The notes under the pieces: generated by a model | What the model saw: the letters and a program-made list of their open reading frames with translations, nothing else | Databases searched by the model: none | Told to the model about the DNA's origin: nothing | Shown here: piece by piece, positions 7,794-17,951 of the stretch | How positions within the stretch are numbered: the first letter of the stretch is position 1 | How the letters are laid out: each line of letters begins with the position of its first letter | Translations under genes and position numbers: made by a program | Assembly (NCBI GenBank): GCA_050329555.1 | Contig: JBHJOQ010000077.1 | Location: forward strand, 3,144 to 67,143 | Direction: 5' to 3' | DNA length: 64,000 nt | DNA from: Acidimicrobiia bacterium | GTDB lineage: Bacteria; Actinomycetota; Acidimicrobiia; Spongiisociales; ZC4RG35

Positions 7794-10310
7794 TCAGGAG
7801 CCGGGGAAATTGGGGTAGGCAATGCGCTGATGGTAGTGGCCGATCAGGGACTCGAGGAAAGCAGCCCTGATCTTGGTGATGTCGGAGAGGGTGAGCGGCG
7901 ATTCTCCGAGTTGCCCGTCGTCCATCTTCTCGTTGACAACACGATCGACAACCTTCTCAATGGCTTGAGGCGAGGGCTCCTCGGTCTGGAAAACGGCCCG
8001 GCAGGCAGCTTCGAGGCTGTCGGCCAGCATGACGATTGCCGACTCGGCGGTCCGGGGCTTGTGACCGACATGGCGGAAGTCTGCCGGGTCGACTTCGCCA
8101 TTCTCCTGGGACTTGGCCTTCTCGTAGAAATACCTCATGATCCCGTCGCCGTGATGGCTGACGATGCCCATGGTCACGTCGGAGGGGATCTTGTACTGGC
8201 GGGCGAGGGCGACCCCGTCGCTGACGTGACGCCTGATGATCTCAGCCGACTCCTTGGGGCTGAGCATGTCATGGGGGTTGGCCCCGCCGAACTGGTTCTC
8301 GATGAAATAGGTGGGGTTCTCGGTCTTGCCGAGGTCGTGGTAGTAGGCCATGGCCCGTGCCAGAAGGGCGTTGGCGTTGATGGCTCGCGCCGCAGCGTGG
8401 GACAACGTCCCCACCATGAGGGAGTGGTTGAACGAGCCGAACGCTTTCTCCTGAAGCAACTGCAGGGCCTCGTGATTGCGGTCCGTGAGGTCGAGAAGGC
8501 TGAGTGTGGTCGTGATGTCGAAGGCAGACTCGAAGAACTGAAGGGCGGCCAGCCCGACCAGAGAAGCGACGATCGACACTCCGAACGCCCACAGCGAGGA
8601 GATCCCCACAACTTCGAGTACCGAGTCGTTGGGGCCGGCGTGGAAGTACCACGAAGTTGCCGCCGCCGCCACCGCAGCGGTCAAGGACGAAAAGATCACA
8701 GCATTCCGGAAAGCACCACGGCTGCTGACCGAAGATACAAACGGAATCGGCGCCATCGTGGCCAGCACCGCATAGACCGATACCCCGATGTCCTGGCTTC
8801 CGACCGCGGCGAGGACTCCAATCGTGAGCGCCATGAGCACTGCAATCCGGGAGTCGAAGAGGACTGCAGTGACGAACCCGAAAGCTACCGCAGGGAAGAT
8901 GTACCAGCTCATCCCCGGCTCGGCTACCACCGTCCCCCGCACCGCGCCGGCAGCGAGCACGATGAGTATCCCCAATAGCGCCACCATCCGGGGGCGGGCC
9001 CAGAACTCGAGACGGAACGTGGCGAGGTAGAGGCCGAGGATGCCGATCAGCACCGCGACCACGGCAAGCAAGCCGCCATCCTGTTCGACCTCCACGACAT
9101 TGGCACCGGTCTCGTTGATGGCGTCGATGTGAAGCTGGGTCAAGGGCTGGTTCTGGTCGACGATGAGCTGGCCGGCTGTGTATTCCTCCATCACCTCTTC
9201 AACAGCGCTGGCGCGAAGATCCTGTTCCTGGGTGGTGCGTGTCTGGTTGACGTCCTCGTTGGCCTGGATCAAGGTCGCCACGATCTCCCCCGCTGCCTGC
9301 CCCGCCGCCTCATCACGGCCGGTGTCATCGAAGAAGACCGCCGGGGGGCTGTTCCGGGCCCGGGCCCTCACATCCTGCAAACCACTGCTGCGAACGCCGA
9401 GGCCAAATTCCTGGAGGATCCGATCGGTCACCTGCCTCTCGATAACCGTCAGCCGCAGCGGCTGGGTCAGGGCGGATCGGATCACATCGTCGGCAGCCAT
9501 CGTGGCAAGGGTGAGCGAAGCGTCGCTAGCAAGGGCATGTGCTTCGCTGATCTCGGCGGCGACCTCTTCCACAGGCCTCAGGTTGGGGGCAAACCCGACC
9601 GACCGCGCCACGCATTCTTCATCATCGCCGGAACAGGAGACCAGCTGCGACGGACCTTCCTCGCTCAGCACTGCAAAACCGACCGGGACGTCGCTGTCCT
9701 CGACGTCGACCTTGACCACATAGTCACCTGGCGCGGTTTCGTACGCCCAAACACCGCCCGGGCCGGTCATTAGGGTCTCCTCGCCCCCGCCTGACGTCAC
9801 GGTGACGGTGATCCTCTCCAGTCCCCGGTCCGGCCGCGCCCCCTCAGCCTCGGGGGCAAAGCTGCCGTCGCCATCGACGTCGACATACACGACCCCGCTC
9901 AACACCACGGGAGCGGGTGGAACGGTCGTTGTGGTAGATGTGTCTTCTGGATCGGTTGTCGTCGTGGTGCCTTCAGGAAGCGTTGGGTCGGTGGTTTCCG
10001 GTGGCGGGTCGGCAATAACCGAGGCAGCGACATCGTCGAACAACGCGGTTACGTCGTTTTGCACGTCCTGCTCCGCTACGGGATTGTCTTCCCATATGGG
10101 CTCGACATTGTCGCGCGCCTGCTGGCGGAGTTGCTCGGTGGCGACGACGTTGACAACGTCAGCCGCCCGCTGTGCCTCATACGGTCGTTCGGCAAGATCG
10201 CCGACGTTGAGTCGAGAGGAGGCGCCACCACCTCCGACCGAGAGCACACCCCACACCGCAAAAACTGTGGCGAGGAATGTGGCCCAGCGCACAACGGTGG
10301 ACCGTTTCAT
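7794..10310 (-). CDS. 7TM-HD membrane phosphohydrolase (PgpH/YqfF family) with an enlarged extracellular N-terminal region
   Basis: 838 aa. It has a signal/TM segment and a long extracytoplasmic region with Thr-rich linkers and an SdrD-B/Cna-B-like module (VLSGVVYVDVDGDGSFAPEAEG...ITVTVTSGGGEETLMTGPGGVWAYETAPGDYVVKV). This is followed by 7 TM helices and a C-terminal HD domain (HSLMVG...YHDLGK...HHGDG). Confidence 0.8.
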   Translation of the reverse strand: MKRSTVVRWATFLATVFAVWGVLSVGGGGASSRLNVGDLAERPYEAQRAADVVNVVATEQLRQQARDNVEPIWEDNPVAEQDVQNDVTALFDDVAASVIADPPPETTDPTLPEGTTTTTDPEDTSTTTTVPPAPVVLSGVVYVDVDGDGSFAPEAEGARPDRGLERITVTVTSGGGEETLMTGPGGVWAYETAPGDYVVKVDVEDSDVPVGFAVLSEEGPSQLVSCSGDDEECVARSVGFAPNLRPVEEVAAEISEAHALASDASLTLATMAADDVIRSALTQPLRLTVIERQVTDRILQEFGLGVRSSGLQDVRARARNSPPAVFFDDTGRDEAAGQAAGEIVATLIQANEDVNQTRTTQEQDLRASAVEEVMEEYTAGQLIVDQNQPLTQLHIDAINETGANVVEVEQDGGLLAVVAVLIGILGLYLATFRLEFWARPRMVALLGILIVLAAGAVRGTVVAEPGMSWYIFPAVAFGFVTAVLFDSRIAVLMALTIGVLAAVGSQDIGVSVYAVLATMAPIPFVSSVSSRGAFRNAVIFSSLTAAVAAAATSWYFHAGPNDSVLEVVGISSLWAFGVSIVASLVGLAALQFFESAFDITTTLSLLDLTDRNHEALQLLQEKAFGSFNHSLMVGTLSHAAARAINANALLARAMAYYHDLGKTENPTYFIENQFGGANPHDMLSPKESAEIIRRHVSDGVALARQYKIPSDVTMGIVSHHGDGIMRYFYEKAKSQENGEVDPADFRHVGHKPRTAESAIVMLADSLEAACRAVFQTEEPSPQAIEKVVDRVVNEKMDDGQLGESPLTLSDITKIRAAFLESLIGHYHQRIAYPNFPGS

Positions 10311-11272
10311 TTCTTCGTCTCGTACCTGGCGTACGCTTCGACGATGGACGCGACGATTCGATGGCGCACCACATCGCGCGACGTCAGCTCGACAAATGCC
10401 ACCCCGGGAATGTCGCCCAGGATCTGGCGAACCACACCGAGACCGGAGTGCCGATCGGTGGGCAGATCGGTCTGAGTGATGTCACCAGTGATGATCATCT
10501 TGGAATTGAAGCCGAGCCGGGTCAGGAACATCTTCATTTGCTCCGGAGTTGTGTTCTGGGCTTCATCGAGGATCACACATGCGTCGTTGAGAGTCCTTCC
10601 TCGCATATAAGCGAGCGGAGCTATCTCAATAGTTCCCTTGTCGATGAGATCGAGGGTCTCCTCAGGGCCAAGCATGTCCCAGAGGGCGTCGTAGAGGGGG
10701 CGGAGGTAGGGGTCCACTTTTGCGGTCAGATCCCCCGGGAGAAAGCCCAGTCTTTCGCCGGCTTCCACGGCGGGGCGGGTGAGGATGATGCGGCGAACCG
10801 ACCCGTTGACCAGGGCATCAACCGCCGCTGCCATGGCCAGATAGGTCTTTCCGGTACCGGCCGGCCCGATACCGAAGGTGAGGGTGTTCTCCCTGATTGC
10901 GGCCATGTAGCCCTGCTGGCCGTGGGTCTTCGGCCTGATCATCCGGCCCCTGCCCACCGGAATGCCGTCACTGAGGACGTCGGAGGGAGAAGGCACGTCC
11001 TCACCTACCATCTTGACCACCTCGGCCACCCCTCCGCTGTCCAGGGCCTGACCCTCCTGGACGAGGATGAGCAGTTCGTCGAGGACCGTCCTGGCGCGTT
11101 CGACCTCATCCCGGGCGCCGCTGACGGCGATTTCGTCCCCGCGCGCGACGAATCGCACCCCCGGGAAGTGTTTTTCGATCTGGCGGAGGTGTCGGTCGGC
11201 GTCTCCGAGTAGGTCGAGCATCAAATGCTGACTCGGGACGCGTAAACGTGTTTCGGTGTGTTCAGGAAGCAC
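10307..11272 (-). CDS. phoH: PhoH-like ATPase
   Basis: 321 aa. Walker A GPAGTGKTYLAMA and a PhoH signature region (ILTRPAVEAGERLGFLPGDL...DPYLRPLYDAL). Confidence 0.9.
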   Translation of the reverse strand: MLPEHTETRLRVPSQHLMLDLLGDADRHLRQIEKHFPGVRFVARGDEIAVSGARDEVERARTVLDELLILVQEGQALDSGGVAEVVKMVGEDVPSPSDVLSDGIPVGRGRMIRPKTHGQQGYMAAIRENTLTFGIGPAGTGKTYLAMAAAVDALVNGSVRRIILTRPAVEAGERLGFLPGDLTAKVDPYLRPLYDALWDMLGPEETLDLIDKGTIEIAPLAYMRGRTLNDACVILDEAQNTTPEQMKMFLTRLGFNSKMIITGDITQTDLPTDRHSGLGVVRQILGDIPGVAFVELTSRDVVRHRIVASIVEAYARYETKK

Positions 11273-11333
11273 AGGTACGACGCGAAAAGCGCGTTACAAG
11301 GATTCTAGTTGATTCTGGGGTTGAGACCAGATT

Positions 11334-11747
11334 TTACAGGTCCCGGGAGACTTTCTGGCTCTCGATCTCGAGCAACGAGGAGAGAATGACACGATCGGCA
11401 GACCGGATCTCCGGAGTCAGCGACCCGGATCTGAGGAGGTGGACAGCAGCTATGAACCGCTCAGCGATGTCGCCTTCGCCGGCGCTGATCCTGTCCAGAT
11501 CGATGACCTGGGAATACTCCGGTGCCACCGACATCGGGAGCAGATCGGGAGCACTCATGCCGTAAATGTCCGCCACCCGCACCAGGCGTTGTACCGAGAT
11601 GGCCCTCTCGCCGCGCTCATAGGCTCCGACCACCGACGCCTTGAACTCCCCATCGGTTAGCGACTCGACGTCTGATAAAGACCAACCCTTTTGTCGGCGC
11701 GCCGCGCGCAACCGACTACCCAGAGCAGCACTGAACTTGTCTACCAC
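11334..11747 (-). CDS. XRE-family helix-turn-helix transcriptional regulator
   Basis: 137 aa. LRAARRQKGWSLSDVESLTDGEFKASVVGAYERGERAISVQRLVRVADIYG is a Cro/C1-type HTH. Confidence 0.7.
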   Translation of the reverse strand: MVDKFSAALGSRLRAARRQKGWSLSDVESLTDGEFKASVVGAYERGERAISVQRLVRVADIYGMSAPDLLPMSVAPEYSQVIDLDRISAGEGDIAERFIAAVHLLRSGSLTPEIRSADRVILSSLLEIESQKVSRDL

Positions 11748-11812
11748 GGACGTCTCCCTATAACCGCAGGCCTAGAGTCTATGAGATGGATGCCCACTTC
11801 GCATCCTTTCTT

Positions 11813-12445
11813 TCAACGAAATCTCGAGGCCGCCACCACGGCGGCGGTCTCGACCCTCAAGATGGTGGGGCCTAGATCCACCGCCGTAGCGTCTGGGGGG
11901 ACTTCGTCGTCTCCGAAACCCCCTTCGGGCCCGACTGCAACCGTCCTGAAAGCAGCTTCGTCCCCGGAACCGCCGGGCAAGCAGACCGCAAGAGGGCGCT
12001 CCAGGGAGTCCCAGACGACAAAATCGTCGCTCACGCCCATCAGCCAGCTTCCCCGGCTCTGCTCCAGGGCAGAAATCGCCCAGCTGCGCTGCTTCTTCAA
12101 AGGTGGAACCCTTCTGACGCCATGGCGGGTCGTCAGCCAAAGCAGTCTCTCGACACCGAGTTCGGCGACCTTCTCAACGAGAAATCGCACCCGGTCGCGG
12201 CTCGATGGAGGTGCGGTTGCAACGACCAGGCCCGATGGGCGGTCGCGTTGTTCTTCTCCGGACCTCGAGATGGCTCCGCCGGACCAGAATCCCTGGCCAA
12301 AAGTCCCGTCTCCGTCTGTGTAGGTGACTTCCGATCCGGCCCCCAGGCGGAGCACACGGCTCAGGTGATCTACCTGTTCATTGCCCGCCTCCAGGGTTTC
12401 CCCCTCCCAGGGCCCGGGCAGGTAGAGGTGCGGGATGTGTTTCAA
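11813..12445 (-). CDS. rsmE: 16S rRNA (uracil1498-N3)-methyltransferase RsmE family
   Basis: 210 aa. It has a PUA-like N-terminus and a C-terminal SPOUT knot motif (VAVGPEGGF...LGPTILRVETAAVVA). It sits in the conserved position after dnaJ. Confidence 0.75.
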   Translation of the reverse strand: MKHIPHLYLPGPWEGETLEAGNEQVDHLSRVLRLGAGSEVTYTDGDGTFGQGFWSGGAISRSGEEQRDRPSGLVVATAPPSSRDRVRFLVEKVAELGVERLLWLTTRHGVRRVPPLKKQRSWAISALEQSRGSWLMGVSDDFVVWDSLERPLAVCLPGGSGDEAAFRTVAVGPEGGFGDDEVPPDATAVDLGPTILRVETAAVVAASRFR

Positions 12446-13527
12446 GGATCGGTGCCGGCAGGGTCGGCAGTTATGTCACCGCGAATCCGGGCGAGGTCCA
12501 GGAGCAGGGCCCGCTCCTCGTCGCTTATCTCGGTAGGGATGCTCACCCCGACCCTCACCATGAGGTCTCCTCTGCCTTTTCGACCGAGGCGGGGAACGCC
12601 GAAGCCGGCGAGCCGGAGCAAGGCGCCCGGCTGGGTCCCCGGAGGAACCTCTAGAAACTCGGTGCCGCCCTCGAGCAGAGGTACTTCACGCCGGGTCCCG
12701 AGAGTCGCCTCCACGGCGCTTATGTCCAGATGGTGGTAGAGGTCGATGTCGTCACGCTCGTAGCGGGCGTCAGGCTCGACATGGATCTCCACCTGGAGGT
12801 CGCCGGCGCGCCCACCGCGGCCCATCGCCTCGCCACGACCGGTTAGCCGCAATCTGGTCCCCGTGGATACCCCGGCGGGAATTTCCACCGTCAAAGACCT
12901 CTCGCCGTAGGTGACTCCACTCCCCCGGCAGTCGGCACAGGGGTCGGCAACGACCGAACCCTGGCCCGAGCAGTCGGGGCACTCGACGACGGTCATCATC
13001 GTCCCCACAATCGAACGCCGGGCCATTCGCACCGCTCCAGAGCCTCCGCACCTGCTGCAGGTGGAGTGGCCTGCGCCATCTCCGGCGCCCGAACCGCCGC
13101 AGGTCTCACAGGCATAGTTGGTTTCGTACGTGACGTCGATATCAGAGCCGAATGCCGCCTGCCCCAGCGAGATGCGCACCCGGAGCAGAAGGTCTGCGCC
13201 GCGGCGCGGGCGAGACGCGCCGGCACCTGAGCCGAAAAGCCCGCCTTCACCGAAGACCGACCTGAGGATGTCGTCGAATCCGCCAAAGCCTCCGAAGAGG
13301 TCACCCAGGTCGATCGTGTCACCCCGGTCGTAGCGTTGTCTCCGCTCCGGGCTGGACAACACCTCGTAGGCCTCGGCCGCTTCCCGGAACCGTTCGGAGG
13401 CTGCGGGATCGTGCGGATTGGCGTCAGGGTGGGTTTCCCGGGCCAGGCGCCGGAACGCCGATTTGATGTCCGCTGTCGTCGCATCCCGGGCGACACCCAG
13501 GATCCGGTAATAATCCTTCGCCATCAA
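12442..13527 (-). CDS. dnaJ: Molecular chaperone DnaJ
   Basis: 361 aa. J domain (DYYRILGV...HPD), a G/F region and four CxxCxGxG zinc repeats (CETCGGSG, CSRCGGSG, CPDCSGQG, CADCRGSG). Confidence 0.95.
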   Translation of the reverse strand: MMAKDYYRILGVARDATTADIKSAFRRLARETHPDANPHDPAASERFREAAEAYEVLSSPERRQRYDRGDTIDLGDLFGGFGGFDDILRSVFGEGGLFGSGAGASRPRRGADLLLRVRISLGQAAFGSDIDVTYETNYACETCGGSGAGDGAGHSTCSRCGGSGAVRMARRSIVGTMMTVVECPDCSGQGSVVADPCADCRGSGVTYGERSLTVEIPAGVSTGTRLRLTGRGEAMGRGGRAGDLQVEIHVEPDARYERDDIDLYHHLDISAVEATLGTRREVPLLEGGTEFLEVPPGTQPGALLRLAGFGVPRLGRKGRGDLMVRVGVSIPTEISDEERALLLDLARIRGDITADPAGTDP

Positions 13528-14525
13528 CCGGTGGTCTGACCTATTCGGTCTTCGAGTTCCTTGGAGATCTCCTCTACGGCGGAGATGACCCTCTTGTAGT
13601 TCATTCGCATCGGGCCGATCACGCCCACGGTGCCCCCGCCTCCGACCGATTCGTACGACTTGGAGACAACGGCCATGTCGAGGTCCACCGAGGGTAAGTC
13701 GCTGCCGAACTGGATCGAGGTGCCCTGCTCGGCGGCGAGCAATGCCAGGACCTCGGCTTCACGTTCCAGGACTTCGAGCACCCTGCGCACGGCAGAGAGG
13801 TCGTTCCAGACGTTGGACAGCCGCTCGGTGCCTCCGACAAACACTTCCGAGCCTGCCGAGGCGGCGAGATGGAGTGCGTCGACGAGGGTCAACACTGCTT
13901 CCTGGACAGGCCCGGACAGCGACCGCAGCCGCTCGTCGGTCAACGGGATGTCGGCGCCGAGCGATGACCCGACATAAGTCTCGGTGACGAGGGTGTGTGC
14001 TTCCTCCAGCTCGCTCGGTGTGACCGGTTTGCGGAGCCGGCCGCGCTGCTGTGCCACCCGGCCCCCCTCGGTCACCGCGACCAGCAAGATCTGGTCGGCG
14101 GTCACCTGCACGGCGTGGATCGAACGCACCTTGTCGCCGATCAGGCCGGGGGCGACAACGACGGCGGGGAGGTCGGTGACGTCGGCGAGGAGGTCGGACG
14201 TTGCTTTCAAGAGCTTGGACAGTTCGAGATGGACGTCTCCAAAGAAGGTGGCGATCTTGTGCTGCGCTGCGATCCGGAGCCGCCCTTTGCTCAAATGGTC
14301 GACGTAATAGCGATATGCGGTTGCGGTGGGCACGCGCCCGGCCGAAGTGTGGGGCTGCACGGCATAACCCTCTGCCTCGAGGGCTGCGAGATCGTTGCGA
14401 ATGGTCGCAGTCGAAACCTGAAGGCGCGAGCGATCGGCAACGGCGCGAGAGCTCACCGGCTCACCGGTGCGGATGTGCTCTTCGACGAGCACCCTGAGAA
14501 TCTCGGACCTGCGGTCTTCAAGCAT
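13524..14525 (-). CDS. hrcA: Heat-inducible transcription repressor HrcA
   Basis: 333 aa. Winged-helix N-terminus (RSEILRVLVEEHIRTGEPVSSRAV...STATIRNDLAALEAEGY), and it lies in the hrcA-dnaJ context. Confidence 0.9.
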   Translation of the reverse strand: MLEDRRSEILRVLVEEHIRTGEPVSSRAVADRSRLQVSTATIRNDLAALEAEGYAVQPHTSAGRVPTATAYRYYVDHLSKGRLRIAAQHKIATFFGDVHLELSKLLKATSDLLADVTDLPAVVVAPGLIGDKVRSIHAVQVTADQILLVAVTEGGRVAQQRGRLRKPVTPSELEEAHTLVTETYVGSSLGADIPLTDERLRSLSGPVQEAVLTLVDALHLAASAGSEVFVGGTERLSNVWNDLSAVRRVLEVLEREAEVLALLAAEQGTSIQFGSDLPSVDLDMAVVSKSYESVGGGGTVGVIGPMRMNYKRVISAVEEISKELEDRIGQTTG

Positions 14526-15693
14526 CTGTAGCCATCAGAGTATCGCCATCGGGACCCTGTTCCCCAACCTTGAGGCCGAGAACCACACGCAGCACGGCAT
14601 CGCTGAGCAACGGATCCTCCACTTTCAGCCGGTCGCCGGCGCAGGACACCACCCCGGCTTCAAGAAGCCGTTGCCCATCGGCATCAGCAAGGAATGCCTG
14701 CCCTCCGCGACCCATTTCGACACCTGCCGATCGCCGCAGACCCACAAAGAGCCGGTCCAATTCGAGATCCCAGCCTCTCAGGATCTCCTCACCCGCAATC
14801 GGTGAATCCCCCCTCTCGACGGCTTCCAGATATGACTCGAGACGTCGGAAGTTCCGGCTCCGTACCCCATCCCGAAAACGATGGGCCCCGTTGCCGTAGG
14901 CCACATAGTCGCCCTGGGCCCAGACGATCGAGTTATAAACGCACTCATATCCGGAGCGAGACCAGTTGGAGACTTCGTACCTGGTGAGCCCGTTTGCGGT
15001 GAGAATCGAATCGGCGGTACCGAATCGGCTGGCCTGGATGTCGGGGTCGGGGGCGGGCGCACCACGGCCCACCTGCCGCCCCAGCTCGGTTCCGGGTTCG
15101 ACTGTCAGGGCGTAACACGACACATGATCCGGTCCGGCCGCCATTGCGGCCTCCAAAGTCGCCATCCAGCTCCGCTCCGACTCGTCCGGGCTCCCGTAGA
15201 TGAGGTCGATCGAGACGCTGTCGAATCCCTCGGCCCGGGCACACGCTACCGACCCCGCAATCTGATCAGGGCCGTGCCTCCTGCCCAACGAAAGCAGGAC
15301 CGAGGTATCGAAGCTCTGGGCACCGAACGAGACGCGGTTGAACCCTGCGGCCCGGAACGATGCAGCTACCTCTCCGGTCCAGTCCTCGGGATTGGCCTCG
15401 AGGCTCACCTCGGCCGCGTCGTTGATGCCGTGCCGCCCACGGAGGGCATCGACGAACCGGTTCAGCTGGTGGCCGGGGACACGACTCGGGGTTCCGCCAC
15501 CCACGTACACGGCGTCGAGAGGTCGCCAGGGCCGGTCCATCCCGATCTCGGCGACTACGGCATGGCAATAGCGGTCGATGAGATCGTCTTTGCCTGCAAC
15601 CACAGCGAAGTCGCAGTACGGACAGATGGCTGCGCAGAACGGGGTGTGCAGGTATGCGCCGGCCAGGTCGCCGAACGCGTCCATGTTGCTCAT
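14518..15693 (-). CDS. hemW: Radical SAM heme chaperone HemW (HemN-like, oxygen-independent coproporphyrinogen oxidase family)
   Basis: 391 aa. Radical-SAM cluster motif HTPFCAAICPYCDF and a HemN C-terminal domain. It sits in the conserved position between lepA and hrcA. Confidence 0.88.
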   Translation of the reverse strand: MSNMDAFGDLAGAYLHTPFCAAICPYCDFAVVAGKDDLIDRYCHAVVAEIGMDRPWRPLDAVYVGGGTPSRVPGHQLNRFVDALRGRHGINDAAEVSLEANPEDWTGEVAASFRAAGFNRVSFGAQSFDTSVLLSLGRRHGPDQIAGSVACARAEGFDSVSIDLIYGSPDESERSWMATLEAAMAAGPDHVSCYALTVEPGTELGRQVGRGAPAPDPDIQASRFGTADSILTANGLTRYEVSNWSRSGYECVYNSIVWAQGDYVAYGNGAHRFRDGVRSRNFRRLESYLEAVERGDSPIAGEEILRGWDLELDRLFVGLRRSAGVEMGRGGQAFLADADGQRLLEAGVVSCAGDRLKVEDPLLSDAVLRVVLGLKVGEQGPDGDTLMATDA

Positions 15694-15702
15694 GCCTGTG
15701 TG

Positions 15703-17508
15703 TCAATCGTCATCGTCGGTGCGGAGGGCGGCGACGAAAGCCTCCTGCGGCACTTCTACCGAGCCCACCATCTTCATCCGCTTCTTGCCCTCTTTCTGAC
15801 GCTGCAGCAGCTTCTTCTTCCGGCTGATGTCACCGCCGTAACACTTGGCAGTCACATCCTTGCGCTTGGCCTTGACCGTCTCCCGGCTGATGATCTTGCC
15901 TCCGATCGCGGCCTGGATCGGGACATCGAAGAGCTGGCGGGGGATCAGCTTGCGGAGACGACCGGTCATGGTCAAGCCGTAGGCCTGGGCGTTGTCGCGG
16001 TGGACGACTGCGGAGAATGCGTCTACCGGTTGCCCGTTGAGGAGGATGTCCACCTTGACCAGATTGGAAACCCGGTATCCAGCAGGTTCGTAGTCGAGTG
16101 AGGCATATCCCCGGGTCTTTGATTTGAGCTGGTCGAAGAAGTCCAAGACAACTTCGCCGAGTGGTATGTGGTAGTCGAGTTCGACCCGTTCGGGGCTCAA
16201 GTAGTTCATGTGGCCGACCTCGCCGCGGCGGTTGGTTACCAGCTCCATTATCGGCCCTACGTACTCGCTCGGCGTGAGAATCATCGCCTTCACGTAGGGC
16301 TCTTCGACCTTCTCCCGTTCGCTGGGCTCGGGCAGATCCTGAGGGCTCCTCACCTCGACAACCGTCCCGTCGGTGCGGGTGACGCGATAGGCCACAGAGG
16401 GGGCCGTGGTCACCAGGTCGAGGTCGTATTCCCGCTCGAGGCGCTCCCGGACGATCTCCATGTGGAGGAGCCCGAGGAAACCGCACCTGAACCCGAAGCC
16501 AAGCGCCTTGCTCGTCTCCGGTTCGAACACCAGGGAGGCGTCGTTGAGCCTCAGCTTTTCCAGAGCCTCACGCAGCTTCTCGAAGTCGTCCCCCTCGGTC
16601 GGGAACATGCCGGAGAACACCATCGGGCTCGGCTCGGCGTATCCCGGTAACGGCTTGCCGGCGCGCACGGCAGCGTCGGTGACCGTGTCGCCGACTTTCA
16701 CCCGGTCGATTTCCTTGATCCCGGTGATCAGGTATCCAACCTCGCCGGCGCCGAGGGACTTTCTCTCGTTGGCCCTGGGAGTTAGGACGCCGATCTCGGT
16801 GGCTTCGTGATTCTCCCCGGCGACCATGAAGCGGATCTTCTGGCCGGATGAGATCGACCCGTCGACCACCCTGATGTAGCAAACCACTCCCCGGTAGGCG
16901 TCGTAGTAGGAGTCGAAGACGAGAGCCCGCAACGGAGCGTCCGGGTCACCTTGGGGCGGGGGGACCGACTCGACCAGGACCTCGAGCAGTTCATCGACGC
17001 CCTCGCCGGTCTTTGCCGAGAGCCTGACCACTTCGTCAGGATTGCCGCCGATGATGGACACCATCTCTTCAGCGACCCGATCGGGGTCGGCAGCGGGGAG
17101 GTCGATCTTGTTGATCGCGGGAATCACCTCGAGGCCGGCGTCGACTGCCAGGTATGCATTGGCCAGGGTCTGGGCCTGGACACCCTGTGAGGCATCGGTC
17201 AGGAGCAGGGCGCCTTCGCAAGCGGCCAGTGAACGGGACACCTCGTAGGAGAAGTCGACATGGCCGGGGGTATCGATGATGTTGAGGATGTAGTCCTCAC
17301 CTGCCTTGGAGCGATACTCCAGCCGGACCGTCTGCGCCTTGATGGTGATGCCCCGCTCGCGTTCGAGGTCCATCGAATCGAGCAACTGCTCGCGCATGTC
17401 GCGGGCACTGACGGTCCCGGTGCGCTCGAGCAGGCGATCGGCCAGAGTCGACTTGCCGTGGTCGATATGGGCGATGATTGAGAAATTTCGGATGCGCGAC
17501 TGAATGAT
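15703..17508 (-). CDS. lepA: Elongation factor 4 (LepA). The start codon is non-canonical or uncertain.
   Basis: The track ORF starts at an internal Met ([22 protein letters not shown]). My own translation continues upstream through the G1 motif: [37 protein letters not shown]. That frame is preceded directly by in-frame TAG TGA. Only ATC (17508) or ATT (17505) are available as initiators. Confidence 0.9.
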   Translation of the reverse strand: MIQSRIRNFSIIAHIDHGKSTLADRLLERTGTVSARDMREQLLDSMDLERERGITIKAQTVRLEYRSKAGEDYILNIIDTPGHVDFSYEVSRSLAACEGALLLTDASQGVQAQTLANAYLAVDAGLEVIPAINKIDLPAADPDRVAEEMVSIIGGNPDEVVRLSAKTGEGVDELLEVLVESVPPPQGDPDAPLRALVFDSYYDAYRGVVCYIRVVDGSISSGQKIRFMVAGENHEATEIGVLTPRANERKSLGAGEVGYLITGIKEIDRVKVGDTVTDAAVRAGKPLPGYAEPSPMVFSGMFPTEGDDFEKLREALEKLRLNDASLVFEPETSKALGFGFRCGFLGLLHMEIVRERLEREYDLDLVTTAPSVAYRVTRTDGTVVEVRSPQDLPEPSEREKVEEPYVKAMILTPSEYVGPIMELVTNRRGEVGHMNYLSPERVELDYHIPLGEVVLDFFDQLKSKTRGYASLDYEPAGYRVSNLVKVDILLNGQPVDAFSAVVHRDNAQAYGLTMTGRLRKLIPRQLFDVPIQAAIGGKIISRETVKAKRKDVTAKCYGGDISRKKKLLQRQKEGKKRMKMVGSVEVPQEAFVAALRTDDDD

Positions 17509-17638
17509 TCACTACCAGGTGGGGTGGGGCCATTGTACCTTGATCGAGCGCTCTGCTAATCTTCGCCACCGGCGATCGGACTATCGGAAGACCGCCAATC
17601 CCTCTTCAATCGGTTTTGACGCGAAACGAGTTTTAGAC

Positions 17639-17890
17639 ATGGCCAACATCAAGTCCCAGGAAAAGCGGAATCGGCAAAACGTCGTCCGCCGCGAACGCAA
17701 CAAGTCGGTGACGAGCGACCTGAAGACCGCGATCAACAAGGTGCACGCCGCTGCTGAAGCCGGCGAGCCCACCGCTGAGCTGATCCGTCAGGCGCAACGC
17801 AAGATCGATGTCGCCACCACCAAAGGCGTAATCCCCAAAAAGAGGGCAGACCGTAAGAAGTCACGCCTCACCAAGCTGACCTCCGCCTGA
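17639..17890 (+). CDS. rpsT: 30S ribosomal protein S20
   Basis: [35 protein letters not shown]... is the typical S20 sequence. I start it at the ATG at 17639. The upstream part of track ORF 17504.. is non-coding. Confidence 0.93.
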   Translation: MANIKSQEKRNRQNVVRRERNKSVTSDLKTAINKVHAAAEAGEPTAELIRQAQRKIDVATTKGVIPKKRADRKKSRLTKLTSA

Positions 17891-17923
17891 CCGGGCCTTT
17901 CAGACCACCCTTTCACGCAATTC

Positions 17924-17945
17924 AGGTGCGCCCTCCGGCGCACCT
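17924..17945. terminator. Perfect 9-bp GC-rich hairpin between convergent rpsT and holA (candidate bidirectional terminator)
   Basis: aggtgcgcc-ctcc-ggcgcacct, followed on the + strand by attgcttta. It lies in the 61-nt gap between the two stop codons. Confidence 0.55.
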
Positions 17946-17951
17946 ATTGCT

